From assembly GCA_964019335.1 (NCBI GenBank), contig OZ025677.1, positions 496,001 to 560,000 on the forward strand: a DNA stretch of 64,000 bases, given 5' to 3'. The stretch is from Diplonema japonicum (Eukaryota > Protista > Euglenozoa: Diplonemea). The notes beneath the pieces were generated by a model that was not told the DNA's origin, ran no database searches, and saw nothing but the letters and a program-made list of their open reading frames with translations. A program made the translations under genes and the position numbers. Positions within the stretch are counted from its first letter, which is position 1, and each line of letters begins with the position of its first letter. Positions 47,277-59,150 of this stretch are shown one piece after another.

Positions 47277-48227
47277 CTTTCGCTCGTGAAGAATTAACCT
47301 AAGCGAGATGAAACCATTGAAAACCAGCAAAAGGTGGAAACTGCACTGATTTTAAACAAAAAAAAAAAAAAAAAAAAAGAAAGGAGAAGGAAAGACAACT
47401 GCATGTTCAAAGTAAAGGCCAACCCGGCTTCTTGGACCCCCAGCCGACCATATTTACAAAAGGTTCACGACACCTGCAAAGCGTAAGGAGGGACTTCTAC
47501 AAATCTAAATAGGAAAGAAAATAGCTTAATTTACTGCCCACAAGTAAATGACTTTACCGGTTACCTCGAGGTTCCGCATTTTACCATCGAAGTAGTAATC
47601 CTGTCACCATTCTCTCTAAAAGTTATTTTTTTGCCCTCTTCTCAAAATCAATCGCACACACAAAAAAAAAAAAAAAAAAACTATTCTGTTAACTGTATCG
47701 TCCAATACTACCTATAGGCGCTCTTGCAACGACCACCACAGCCATCGCCAACGTGCCAAAAAATGGGCTAAACTCGCACACTGGTGTGAGCTTCAAGGGA
47801 GCTAAACGTTTCAGACATGGCGTGCCACACCCATAGGCCTCACGACCGGGGAGGGGGACATTTATCTTTCGCCCGTAAGCTAGAGTGCGCATGCATCCCC
47901 AGCTCGCTTTGGGAGGTGTTGCCAACACCTGGGTCGCTTCGCGGTCCGACCTGCTGCCCAATTCAAAGCGCGGTTGCGGTGAATCCAAGCCCCCTAAGCA
48001 TCGACACGATTAACAAAGGGGTTTGTTACGCCGGGATATCTTGTTCACCAATGCTCCATACGCCCCCTGTTGCCAGTTCGCCGGATGAGCATACTGCAGG
48101 GTCTTCCACTCATCCGTTGCCCGGTGGGTACCACGAGGAGGTCAGCAACAATTCTATACTTTTGGCCACGTAGGGCCTGTTCTACATTTAGTATAGTCCC
48201 ACCAAAAAAAAAAAAAAAACAAACTAA

Positions 48228-49823
48228 CTAACAAGCAAGCTCAACATTACTATTGTTGTAAACCGCCTCGGTAGAACTCTTGGGTTCATGCTCGTTACAT
48301 GCGTGCATCTGGATAGAGGTGTCGGGGTCCATCCACTCCTCGTTGTCCAACAACGCATTGCTGGCGTAGTCCGACACATGCGGCTCGATAAATGTCTTCG
48401 ACCCCTTAGACAACGCTAACATCAAGGCACCCAGCCCGACAACAAGAAGCGACAGCCCGATGACGAGACACAGAAGCGCCTCGCGACTGTCATCACACGT
48501 GGTCTGCTGGGGCTTCACAGCAACATCACGAACGAAGACCTGGCAAGACGAATACCCCCATTCATCAAGACACCCGGACGCCTGCACGGCATCCTGACTG
48601 TCAAGAAGAAACGTTTTCGAAACGCTCGCCATCGATGCGTCAGTACAAGAATCCGCACAATCCTTCAGCGAACACATCCCGGAAGAAATATCCGGCCCGC
48701 AAGATTTCAAATCGCTGACGTGTATAACATTCGAGTCGGACAGCTGCGATAAAATCTTTTTGACATCAGTACAGTCGATGGCGTTTTCTAGGCAGACCCA
48801 GTCATCGCTTCCGCACAACGATTTGAGAAAACTGCTGCACTGAGAGACGGCAACGGAATTCTGCGTGGTAGAAGCAGTGAGGACGTCGTTAATGTACCCT
48901 TCCAGATCGCTCCCACGGCATTCGTACTCAAGAACGGCGGCAATGACACCATCTACCTGATGAACAGACAGCTCATCATCAATTGCATCGCAAAGGTCTG
49001 ACATCAAGTTAAATGACATAACATGTCCCCCAAGGAGCACCAGACATAAGAATGTCCAGAAAAACAAAATACCCACCACAATCATGGGCGCACACCCTGA
49101 CACTTTCCTGAACGCGAACAAAAGAGAAACCCCGCATAGGAGTACTGGTAGCCCAGCGAACGCCAGCGTGCTAGCTGTCACGATGTCCGGGATGTACTGG
49201 TAGTCACGGCGTGCTTTTTCCACATCGTCAGCACTGTTTTGAAGGTCGTGGACTGCTTTTACAAATGTTGAGTTGTCCCAGTTTCCTGCATTATCCTGCT
49301 GTGGGGGTGGTCGCCTCATGCAGGTCATGAAGGTTTTCACCATGTTTTGAGCGGTTTGATCGGCTTTTACAACCCCATCGAATGCCGAGTCGTAACCGTC
49401 GTTTGCCTTGTGGTTGCCGTAGATTATGGTGGAGCATGTAATTAGAAGGAAGATGGATATTGGGATTAGAATCAGTTTTGATCTTTTGATTGTAGCCGCC
49501 GGGTACGCTGTTGCAGGGGATACCGCGGTTTCGGTGGGGCAGCAGTACCCAGACGGGGACGGACCGGAACCCCCGCAACATCCACAGCAATACCTCGAGA
49601 TAAGGAATATAGGAAAGAAGAAAAAGAATAACAGCAAACCCAACCCGGCAGGGACCGCTGCTGGTATTAACAGCCTATCTCTTGCGTAATCTTCCTCATT
49701 GCACGTGTCTTTATTAACCCCGTCAGCCCTAACAGCGGTTAGATCATCGCATCCATAAAGGGCGGCGTTCGTGAGCCCGCAACACACCGAGAGGGCAAGA
49801 ATGCAAAGTGGCTTTATCTTCAT
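48228..49823 (-). CDS. Tweety/prominin-like multi-pass membrane protein, 531 aa
   Basis: Signal peptide, about five hydrophobic segments, CCGCC cluster after TM1, large Cys-rich loop before the last TM, acidic tail. Confidence 0.85.
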   Translation of the reverse strand: MKIKPLCILALSVCCGLTNAALYGCDDLTAVRADGVNKDTCNEEDYARDRLLIPAAVPAGLGLLLFFFFFPIFLISRYCCGCCGGSGPSPSGYCCPTETAVSPATAYPAATIKRSKLILIPISIFLLITCSTIIYGNHKANDGYDSAFDGVVKADQTAQNMVKTFMTCMRRPPPQQDNAGNWDNSTFVKAVHDLQNSADDVEKARRDYQYIPDIVTASTLAFAGLPVLLCGVSLLFAFRKVSGCAPMIVVGILFFWTFLCLVLLGGHVMSFNLMSDLCDAIDDELSVHQVDGVIAAVLEYECRGSDLEGYINDVLTASTTQNSVAVSQCSSFLKSLCGSDDWVCLENAIDCTDVKKILSQLSDSNVIHVSDLKSCGPDISSGMCSLKDCADSCTDASMASVSKTFLLDSQDAVQASGCLDEWGYSSCQVFVRDVAVKPQQTTCDDSREALLCLVIGLSLLVVGLGALMLALSKGSKTFIEPHVSDYASNALLDNEEWMDPDTSIQMHACNEHEPKSSTEAVYNNSNVELAC

Positions 49824-50280
49824 TTTTTTCCCCCTCCCCCGAGTTGTATTATTCCCACGCCCCCCCCTCCGCCCTCTTTTTTTTTTTTGCGGGGTTTTTT
49901 TTTGTACCGTTGAAGTTTATAAGGAATAAAAGAAAGAGAGAGAAAAGGTAGAGAAAAAAAAAAAAGAAAAGAAAGAAAAAACAAGCGGGGCGGGGGGGAG
50001 AAGTTAGTGATGTCACAAGACACCTTAGGGGGGATAGGGGTTGCGTTGTACCCCCCGATTTATGGTTTCTTTTTTTTTTTTTTTTTTGTCGAGAAGATAG
50101 CACGAGAGAAAATGTCTGCCACACCCTGAGCAAGGATACGAGTTAACAAGAGGAGGTCGTAATCTTTTTTTTTTTTTTTTTTTTGAATTTGCGGGATGTC
50201 CCTCCCGTTCTCATGTCCCCGCGCCCTTTAGTTGTGGAAGGATGGCATCTTCGTTTTTTTTTTTTTTTTTTTTTTTGTTT

Positions 50281-50635
50281 TAACAATATTGTTGTCGAGA
50301 CTAAAAACTAGTTGATGGCAGCGTAATGAGCTATTTTATTACGTAAAACTCGTGCGCACAAACAAAAAGATGTCAAAAAGTAGAGTTCGACCTAGGAGAA
50401 GTCAGTAAGACAGAAGTTGAGCCATCACATACTCCGCTCGTGCGCACAAATGAAGCGCTAAACTAGTTTTTCTTTTTTTTGAAAAAGAAATGTTTTTGAA
50501 GTGTGATCACAGCACAGGTGGGAGAAAAATAATTCTTTTATAACTACATGTCTTTGTTATACTGCGAAAGTTTTTTTTTTTTTCTTTATTTTTGCTCACG
50601 GCACAAAGCTGGCATATAGTTATAAAAATCATTTG
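50281..50635. mobile_element. Repeat family F element, possibly Crypton-like
   Basis: Left end inverted at 22950-23010; CTCGTGCGCACAAA twice; right part similar to 58953-58995; starts TAAC like family A. Confidence 0.6.
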
Positions 50636-50720
50636 AAAAAATAAAAAAATATTTTGAAACAAAAAGAAAGAAAGTAATAAGGTCCCATGTCGGAAGACAG
50701 AGCGAGGTCAAACAAACACC

Positions 50721-53700
50721 TCAAACCAAAGTATTCAGCCTCACCTGTGGCGATCGCCTCCTGGAAGGGGGACGCAGTGAGGTGCACGAAGGCGAAGAGT
50801 GACTAAAGGGCGAGGACAACAGTGGAGATGACATACATGGTGCCAGTGGAATGGCTGACCCTGTCGATGGGGGCGACCAGCATAAAGGCGGTGTGCGCGA
50901 CACTATTCCATCACTGTCCTCATCGTCCGAAGTTTCAGCACGCAGATCGGACATTGGGAGATATATAATTCCAGCTTCGTCATCCGCTGACAAGCTGCGT
51001 GGAGGAGTTGCGGCTCTTGCCTTCTTGTGTCTCTTTTGATTCGCAAAGATATCTCTGAACAGTGTCGCGAAGTCGTACACCCCACGCACCGCGCTTGCTA
51101 GGATGCCGACAGTGAGGAACCACGCCCCCGTCACGATCCCCCAGTGGTTCGGGTCCTTCGCCAGGAACCCTATGCCAAAGGCAACCATACCCAGTGCTGG
51201 CATTAAGGATACCAGTGTCATCAGTTGGTTCAGAAACCCTGAAGCGTAAGGTGTCCAGACGATTGCACCTACCGACACACTCGTGAAGAGCAGTGATATT
51301 AAGAACGATTTCAGCGCGCAGGCCTCCCAACTGTGCACCTTGATGACAGTGACGACGGTCAGGGGTACGATGTGGCCCACCTCCGCAAGGATGAACCTCC
51401 CGCGGTGCAGCCACCTCATGCGCTGGTCTCCTCTGTAGATGTCGAACACGACACCAAAGCGCTCGCAGTGTGTGTCGAACACGGACAGCCACCCAGTGCT
51501 CCCCCAGAGGTAGGTCTCCCACCACTTGCCGGGGGATGGTTCGCCGTAGTGTGAATAGAAGCCTTTCGGGCGGGTCATCCACCACACAGCCTGCACCAGG
51601 CCCAGGGTTGTGAGCAGACCCACCAGTCCCACAGGTGCGAAGGCTCTGTTCTCGTAAAACAGTAAATCCCAGCTGGACTGCATCGTCCCTGGCATCAGGA
51701 ACAGCGGCCCGATCGTCAGGCACGACGGTGTCCTCGTCACACCGCACGCCTCCCTCCACGTGACCCCTCGCACCAACTTCAGCACCAGCGTCACCAGCAA
51801 CAGCCCGCCGGACACCAGACCGCTCACGATGATGTTCCCCACTATACAGCCTGCGTTCAGGCTGCCCCACACCGTGAACCCCAGCGGGTGGATCAAGATC
51901 GGCATTTCCACCTCTGCGCTGCTGTCTAACAAGCAATCCAGATGCCGCACTATGATGGCTGCCCGCGACGTCAGTGCGCCCGCCCCACCGCCCGTCATGC
52001 TCAGCGTCGACAGCACACTAGTCACCGTCGCTAGCTTGTTGCCTGTTTCCAGTACAGCGAAAGGCTCGCTGTCCAGCACGTCCACCGTGTCAGGGGCGGC
52101 AGTCACATTAGAGACCGTTAACGTCACGCTAGCAGGGGCGCTGGTAGGGAGCACGGCAGCAGCATCTGTTGGCGGAGGGGTTGGAGTAATGGTTTGGGGC
52201 GTGGGGGTAAGGGGATGCATTGACACCAAGCTGAGTGGTGCGGAGGTAGGGGGCGTACTTGTCTGCGGGGATGGTGTGGGTATGTGAGTTGGAGTAGCAG
52301 AAGGAGCAAGGGTCTGGGGAACAAGCGTGGGAGGAACCAGACTTTGGGGCATGGGTGTGGGGGGGGACAGGGTTGGTGGCGCTGGGGTTGGGGGTACAGG
52401 TGTTGCAGGTACAGGTGTATGAGGTACAAGCGTCGGAGGTGAAATGGTTTGAGGTATTGGTGTTCGAGGTGCCGAAGTAAGGGGCACGAGTGTTGGGGGT
52501 GCAATGGTTGGGGGGGCTGAAGTAGTGGGTGAAATGGTGGGAGGTGCTGAGGTAGGGGGCACGGGTGTTGGAGGCACAGATGTTGGAGGCGCAATGGTGG
52601 GAACCGAAGTAGTAGGTGCAGCAGTGGAAAGTGCTGAAGACGCAGGTGCAATGGTAGGAGGTACCGAAGTAGGGGGTGGGGAGGTTAGGGGTGCTGAAGT
52701 AAGGGGCGCAGTGGTGGAAGGTGCTGAACTTGCGGGTGCAACGGTTGTAGGTGCCAAAGTAGCAGGTGCTAAAGTTGGAGGTGCAGAAGTAGTGGGCGCG
52801 ATTGTTAGAGGTGCCGAGGTAAGGGGCGCAATGGTGGGAGGTGCCGAAGTAGAGGGCGCAATGGTGGGAGGTGCTAAAGTTATGGGTGCCAAAGTAGCGG
52901 GTGCAATGGTTAGAGGTGCTGAAGTAAGGGGTGCAAAGGTGGGAGGTGCCAAAGTAGAGGGCGCTGAAGTAGAGGGTGCTGAAGTAGCGGGTGCAGTGGT
53001 CAAAGGTGCTGAAGTTGGGGGTGCACCGGAGAGAGGTGCGAAAGTAGTGGGTGCAATAGTAGGAGGTGCTGAAGTAGTTGGGGCTGAAGTTGGGGGTGCA
53101 GAAGTAGCGGGTGCAATGGTGAAAGGTGCTAAAGTAAGGGGTGCAATGGTGAGGGGCGCTGAAGTAGAGGGTGCTGAAGTAGAGGGTGCTGAAGTAGAAG
53201 GTGCTGAAGTAGAAGGTGCTGAAGTAGAGGGTGCTGAAGTTAGGGGTGCAATGGTGAGAGGTGCTGAAGTAGAGGGTGCTGAAGTAGAGGGTGGTGAAGT
53301 AGAAGGTGCTGAAGTTAGGGGTGCTGAAGTAGAGGGTGCTGAAGTAGAGGGCGCTGAAGTAGAGGGTGCTGAAGTAGCGGGTGCAGTGGTCAAAGGTGCT
53401 GAAGTTGGGGGTGCACCGGAGAGAGGTGCGAAAGTAGTGGGTGCAATGGTAGGAGGTGCTGAAGTAGTTGGGGCTGAAGTTGGGGGTGCAGAAGTAGCGG
53501 GTGCAATGGTGAAAGGTGCTAAAGTAAGGGGTGCAATGGTGAGGGGCGCTGAAGTAGAGGGTGCTGAAGTAGAGGGTGCTGAAGTAGAGGGTGCTGAAGT
53601 AGAGGGTGCTGAAGTAGAAGGTGCTGAAGTAGAAGGTGCTGAAGTAGAGGGTGCTGAAGTTAGGGGTGCAATGGTGAGAGGTGCTGAAGTAGAGGGTGCT

Positions 53701-55016
53701 GAAGTAGAGGGTGGTGAAGTAGAAGGTGCTGAAGTTAGGGGTGCTGAAGTAGAGGGTGCTGAAGTAGAGGGTGCAATGGTGAGAGGTGCTGAAGTAGAGG
53801 GTGCTGAAGTTTGGGGTGCAGTGGTTAAAGGTGGTGAAGTAAGGGGTGCAATGGTGGGAGGTGCTGAAGTTGGAGGTGAAATGGTGAGAGGTGCTGAAGT
53901 AGCAGGTGCTGAAGTAAGGGGTGCAATGGTGAGAGGTGCTGAAGTAAGGGGTGCAATGGTGAGAGGTGCTGAAGTAGCAGGTGCTGAAGTAAGGGGTGCA
54001 ATGGTGAGAGGTGCTGAAGTAGCAGGTGCTGAAGTAAGGGGTGCAATGGTTGAAGGTGCCAAAGTCGGGGCAGCAGTCGGCGTCACCAGCTCATAAACAT
54101 GCGCTTCGCTCCCCTCGGCAACCCACAGAAAGCTGTTCCCGTTGAAGCTAATATCGACGGCCGCCGTCGCGAGCGAAGTTGCGTAGTCGCTCGCGATGCT
54201 CGGGCTGAGGTCGAACCCATGCAGGCCAGCACTGTCGATGGCAAAAAGACGATCGACATCAATGAGCGCAGCAGCGACACCCGATGTGAGGGGCCACGAG
54301 GAGGTGATGACGGCAGCGAATATATTGGACACATCGATACGCTGAAGACTGTTCAGAGCGACGCAGTAAAGGGTAGTAGCATCGACAGGGTGGGTGCTAA
54401 GGTAGGTACCGGGGAGGAGCGAAAGGATGGACATCGCAGCAGGGTCCGCTGTGTCAAAGAAGAGCAGCCCATCAGCCCCACAAGCAGCGAACACCATCCC
54501 GCTCAGCTCGGCCAGCCTTCCACAGGAACCCCCTGCGGTCTGCTTCTTCTGGATCAGAACAGGCGCAGAACCCACACTTACATCAACAGAACAAATCCCC
54601 GTCCCCTCACTAGAGGACAGGAACGCAACAGTCCCCACCACGCGAACTCCCATTGGGTGGCAGCAGTCTGTGCCAAGGAGGTGCCCTATCACAACAGGCA
54701 TTGTTTTGTCAGTCAAGTCTAGTACGTAGAGCCCGTCATTACTGTCAGTCACGTAGCCCAGGTCACCTAGAACCTGCATTCCTGTCAGTGTGCCGCTGCC
54801 TATCCACTGGACGTACCCCAGAAGGTTGGGGGCGATGACCCCTGGATCAACAACTTCATATATGCTAAACACTCCACCTGAAGATATTATATACACGAAG
54901 TCACTTTTGCTGTCAACGAAGGCGACGGGTTGTGCCTTCGGGATGCTGGTTCTGTAAACCGGATGGACGATGGCTGCAGTGCTTATTGTAGTCAATGCCA
55001 CTACAAGGGTTTGCAT
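50721..55016 (-). CDS. Large surface membrane protein: LVIVD-like repeats + TSAP mucin-like stalk + multi-TM domain, 1431 aa
   Basis: YVTDSNDGLYVLDLTDKTMPVVIG (LVIVD-like); long array of pentapeptide xT(S/I/L)AP units; C-terminal hydrophobic segments and Ser/Pro-rich tail. Confidence 0.92.
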   Translation of the reverse strand: MQTLVVALTTISTAAIVHPVYRTSIPKAQPVAFVDSKSDFVYIISSGGVFSIYEVVDPGVIAPNLLGYVQWIGSGTLTGMQVLGDLGYVTDSNDGLYVLDLTDKTMPVVIGHLLGTDCCHPMGVRVVGTVAFLSSSEGTGICSVDVSVGSAPVLIQKKQTAGGSCGRLAELSGMVFAACGADGLLFFDTADPAAMSILSLLPGTYLSTHPVDATTLYCVALNSLQRIDVSNIFAAVITSSWPLTSGVAAALIDVDRLFAIDSAGLHGFDLSPSIASDYATSLATAAVDISFNGNSFLWVAEGSEAHVYELVTPTAAPTLAPSTIAPLTSAPATSAPLTIAPLTSAPATSAPLTIAPLTSAPLTIAPLTSAPATSAPLTISPPTSAPPTIAPLTSPPLTTAPQTSAPSTSAPLTIAPSTSAPSTSAPLTSAPSTSPPSTSAPSTSAPLTIAPLTSAPSTSAPSTSAPSTSAPSTSAPSTSAPSTSAPSTSAPLTIAPLTLAPFTIAPATSAPPTSAPTTSAPPTIAPTTFAPLSGAPPTSAPLTTAPATSAPSTSAPSTSAPSTSAPLTSAPSTSPPSTSAPSTSAPLTIAPLTSAPSTSAPSTSAPSTSAPSTSAPSTSAPLTIAPLTLAPFTIAPATSAPPTSAPTTSAPPTIAPTTFAPLSGAPPTSAPLTTAPATSAPSTSAPSTLAPPTFAPLTSAPLTIAPATLAPITLAPPTIAPSTSAPPTIAPLTSAPLTIAPTTSAPPTLAPATLAPTTVAPASSAPSTTAPLTSAPLTSPPPTSVPPTIAPASSALSTAAPTTSVPTIAPPTSVPPTPVPPTSAPPTISPTTSAPPTIAPPTLVPLTSAPRTPIPQTISPPTLVPHTPVPATPVPPTPAPPTLSPPTPMPQSLVPPTLVPQTLAPSATPTHIPTPSPQTSTPPTSAPLSLVSMHPLTPTPQTITPTPPPTDAAAVLPTSAPASVTLTVSNVTAAPDTVDVLDSEPFAVLETGNKLATVTSVLSTLSMTGGGAGALTSRAAIIVRHLDCLLDSSAEVEMPILIHPLGFTVWGSLNAGCIVGNIIVSGLVSGGLLLVTLVLKLVRGVTWREACGVTRTPSCLTIGPLFLMPGTMQSSWDLLFYENRAFAPVGLVGLLTTLGLVQAVWWMTRPKGFYSHYGEPSPGKWWETYLWGSTGWLSVFDTHCERFGVVFDIYRGDQRMRWLHRGRFILAEVGHIVPLTVVTVIKVHSWEACALKSFLISLLFTSVSVGAIVWTPYASGFLNQLMTLVSLMPALGMVAFGIGFLAKDPNHWGIVTGAWFLTVGILASAVRGVYDFATLFRDIFANQKRHKKARAATPPRSLSADDEAGIIYLPMSDLRAETSDDEDSDGIVSRTPPLCWSPPSTGSAIPLAPCMSSPLLSSPFSHSSPSCTSLRPPSRRRSPQVRLNTLV
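52500..54070. repeat. 15-bp coding minisatellite (GAAGTAGAGGGTGCT type) with a higher-order duplication
   Basis: Block 52951-53340 is repeated at 53341-53760 with two extra 15-mers. Confidence 0.95.
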
Positions 55017-55073
55017 TCCCCCTTCCCCCCTCCCCTTTTTTTTGCTTGTGTGTAATGAATTAGTTACCGCAGC

Positions 55074-55107
<34 letters not shown>

Positions 55108-56796
55108 CGGGGATGTCATGATGAAAAAAAGCCAGAAATATTGTTGCGAACATATATCATCACTGTTGTTGCACATAGGTTAGTATCTGCGAACGATTTC
55201 TTTTCTTTTTTTTTTTTTTTTTTGAAAGCAGTTCTGACATCCCCTCCCGGAAAGAAGAATTTAAATATAAATTAAAAAAAAGGAAAACAAAGGGGAGGGA
55301 ATGAAAAGGTGGGGGGGGGGGGGGGGGGACGAACGGCTATATCTGTAGATGAAACCCTCAACCTTTTCCTTTTCTTTTTTTTTTTTCTTAAAAGCTTAAA
55401 GTTAGGCTCAACCCTTTTACTTTCTTTTTTTTCTTTGGGGTGTTAGGTAGTGTCTAAAAGAAGAAAAAGCCTCTTTAGCACTCTTCTTCCCTGTTTTTCT
55501 TCTCTCCATTATTTCCCCCTCTTTTTTCTTTTTCCCTCGAACTCCTCGAGATACGAGGTGCGTTGCTTCGGCATCGCATAAAGGAAAGAAGAAGAAGGAG
55601 GGGGGGGGGGGGGGGGGGAAGAAGAAAAAAAAGAGAAACTGGCCATAAAAGTGTGTCGGGTACAACCATTCTGTTCAATACTAAAGAAAGTTAAACCCTG
55701 AAACACATTGCCAATATTCCTACTCTTTATTTTAGACAAGTCAAAAAAAAAGGGGGGGTGAAAATTCTTTCAAAGAAAGGGGAAAAATGACAGGGCAAGG
55801 TTTTTTTCTTTTTTTCCTTTAGAGAAAATCGACGCCTTGTGATACCTAAAGAAATTCACTATGATAGGAACGAAGTAGTTAGCAACGGCCCGCCAGAAGA
55901 AAGACATCCTGATTTTGGTGGTTTTGCCCATTTTTTTCAAGTCACCGGAGTGACTCAATTATCTTAAAAGTGAGAAAAGATCCTCCTCCGGGCCCTCGGC
56001 ATAATAACATACCTGCCAAAAGACCACCACGATGCCTTTTCATGCAAAAAAAAAAAAAAAAAAAAGAATAACCATCTTAATCTTTTTTTTTATTTTCTCT
56101 TTAAAAAAAGGGGGGGGGTCTTGTCCACTAACTTTCTTCCCATCACCACATAAATGAAAATACAACTTGAAGGCTACTACTTCGTCGTCGCGAAGAATAA
56201 ATTATAAAAAATAAAAAAATAATATAAAAAAAAAAAAAAAAACGGCTGCAAATAAGTGTACAACTGATCAGCGCCACAAACGAAGCTTTTTGTTGATACA
56301 AAAAGAAAAATAACAGAAAAAAGAGAAAAAAAAGAAAGAAGATAATTAAAGGCATAATTTTGCATGTTTGCTTTTTTTCTTTTTTCTTCTTTTTTTTTAT
56401 AAAAGAGTCATTGGTTGTTTGTGCACAGCCGGGATTAACCTGTAGAAGGATAAGCCCAGCAATGCTACCACTACTCTTTTTTTTTTTCTTTTCTTTTTTT
56501 CAAAAAAAAGAAGAAAAAAAAAAAAGGCTTCATAAACCGCCCCAATGGGCATAGTCTAATTCTCGCTGATTTCGCTGCCTCATCTTTGCGCTAACGGCTA
56601 ATAGCAACTAAAAGCTTTTTTCTTCTTTTTTCTTGAAGAAACCTTTCACCCCGAAACAGCACTTCTTTTGCAATGACGCCAGATGTGACCGTTAAGTCCC
56701 ACATCAAGTGCTGTCTCGGCTGTTGGGGGGGGGGGGGGGGGGAGGCAAAGAAATAAGCTATTATTAATTTAGTCACTAAAAGCTCTTTTCTTTTAA

Positions 56797-58574
56797 CCCA
56801 TAACACTCCAAGGCGCAAATATTTGTCGTTTTGAAAAATCGTTTTTTCTCTAAGTACTTTTTCGTCCCCACGACCCCTGGATCTCCAAGAACGACTATAG
56901 TGAGGAGTTATTTTCAACTGCAATTCATGTTGCACTGCATCACTTTACCTTGTTATCCACCCACCAAGTGGGTCCCAAATCCGAGTGGATAGGCGAAAAA
57001 ACGCAAAATAACGGGTGTGCAGACTGTGTCCAAAAAACGCAAAGGTAAAGCCAAAACAGCTACGGACGAGGTCCAACCTTCATGGGTAAGGGAGTTGGTA
57101 CCCATAGAGACCATAAAATAGGCCGGTGGGGGGGGAAAAAAGCTGTCCCGTGGTACGCAGAAACCTGACGACGCAATGGTTATTCCTTCGGTTTTTTGAT
57201 AAGAAGTTCACAGACGTCATCCAAGAAGAGACAAACAAGCATAAGGACGCTGAGATTGATAAGATTTTGACCCAGGACTCCACCGCTTTCTCGGATTGAG
57301 CATTATAATGGGTTTGCGGCGTGCCCAGAATTAGCAAACGTATTGGTCCACAGGACCCATGAAAATCCCCCTTTTCAGTAACACGAAGCCCAGGAGACGC
57401 TACTGGGAAATTAAAAGTAGCCTCCACTTCACTCACACAGAAGAGTCAAACGGTGATGTGTTGTGGAAGACACGAGGGTTTCTGGACAGAATTGGTAACA
57501 AGTGGGCAAAAACAGCAGTGCCAGGAAAATATTTAAGCATTGACGAGACACTCGTACCGTCACGGGGCAATTGGGGGGGCTTGGGGTCTACTGTCCTCTC
57601 AAGCGTAAGAGATATGGCATAAAAATAAACTGCCTAAACTGCGTGAGCACGGGTTATCTTTCGCGTTTTCACATCCACGCCACCAAAATCGAGGGGCACG
57701 CACTTGAAGATTTCAGTGTCGTGGAAAAGGTGGTGCTGGGGTTAACGGGGAATTTTCGGGGAACGACAACACGGTAGTTTGCAATAACTACTTTTCGACT
57801 GTGGGTCTGGCCGAAGCCCTGTGAAAAAACTGTGAGGGGGCTTGCATCGTTGGAGTGTTGCGGACTCTTCTGGTGGGCCCTAGAAGTGACAATAGTTAAC
57901 TGCCATGCACTTTAAATAAAATATGGTTAGGGTTCAGCCAAAGAGATACAAAACCCTGGCTGCTTTTAAAGAGCGCTTTCGAGAGAGCCTAAATGATGGG
58001 TCCAGCGTTGCAAAAACACCACTCCCGGCACCCAACTAGTGGAGCACACACACCCGACACCCCAGATTACACCAAATGTGACCACCAACCACTCAAAGGG
58101 GGCAACTCCAGGTTCTGCAGGTTGAAAGGATGACACAAAACGCACAATCTACAAATGCTACACCTGTAACCAACACCTCTGTCCAAATAAGTGCTTTTTT
58201 CGTACCACTCTTCCATCACCCCAAAAAGGCTTCTTGACGATTTCGAGGCCGATATTCCACCCGCAAATAGGCACTTCTCTCGGTCTGAGACATCTGAGGG
58301 GTCCTGATGCTGCTTTTTTTGTCCCAAGATGCTCAATTTACACCCCCCCGTGCACAACCCATTTTGACATGGTCGTTTTTGAGCACCCTACGGCCATTCA
58401 ACTCTTCATCCCCTTTGTATTTTTATTAATTTTTGAGCTTTTTTTTAAATTTTCCTGGTCCAAAAAACCCGTTTTACCTGCAAACGGGGGTTAAATGCTG
58501 CCATTTTCCCCGTCAAATTATGAAAAGGAGCAAAAAAGGGACCCCTATGTAGATAAGCCCCGGAGTGTTATGGG
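56797..58574 (+). mobile_element. piggyBac transposon, copy 2 (1778 bp), transposase pseudogene
   Basis: Same TTAA/TIR as 27146-28902 and near-identical interior; keeps 23 nt (57301-57323) missing from copy 1. Confidence 0.95.
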
Positions 58575-59150
58575 TTAAAAAAAAAAAAAGAAGAATATTT
58601 CCCTTTCCACTTTATTTCTGTGTCATATATTTTGTTTCTCCTTTTTGCTTTTCCAACGAAAAAAAAAAAATTATTACTGTAAAAAAAAAGAAAAAAAAAA
58701 AAAAAAAAAAACCAACAAAGAAATATTTCACCGCCTTTTTTTTTTTTTTTTTTCCTCTCAAGAAATCTCATTATTTCCTTTTAAGGAAATCCTTTTTCTA
58801 CAAAAGAAAAGAAGAAGAAGAAAAAATAATATCTAACCAAATGACATAAGAACTTAAGAACTATTTCTGTTCTCAAAAAAAAAGAAATTCTTTATGACTA
58901 TATGTCCTTGTTGTTCGCACGAGCAAAAAAAGGTTTTTAAAAAGCTGCGAGATTTTTGCTCGACACAAGTTGCATATTGTTATAAAATCATTTTTTGAAA
59001 GATAACTTGTAACAAAAAAAAAAAAGGGAGTCGATGGATTTCTTTTTTTTTTTTGTTCACGGGAAAAAAAAGGGAGTCGATGGTGTTTTTTTTTTTTTTC
59101 TCGCCCTGTGATTTGCCTTGGTTTACAGAAATTAAAAAAAAAAAAAAAAA

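Noticed and set aside
47689-48195. GC-richer island with RIVADLLV, possible restriction-like endonuclease remnant
   Set aside because: Similarity too short, frames broken and no second copy in the window.
52504-54096. 530-aa plus-strand ORF (GAEVE repeats)
   Set aside because: Antisense shadow of the TSAP minisatellite; the repeat has no stop codon in that frame.
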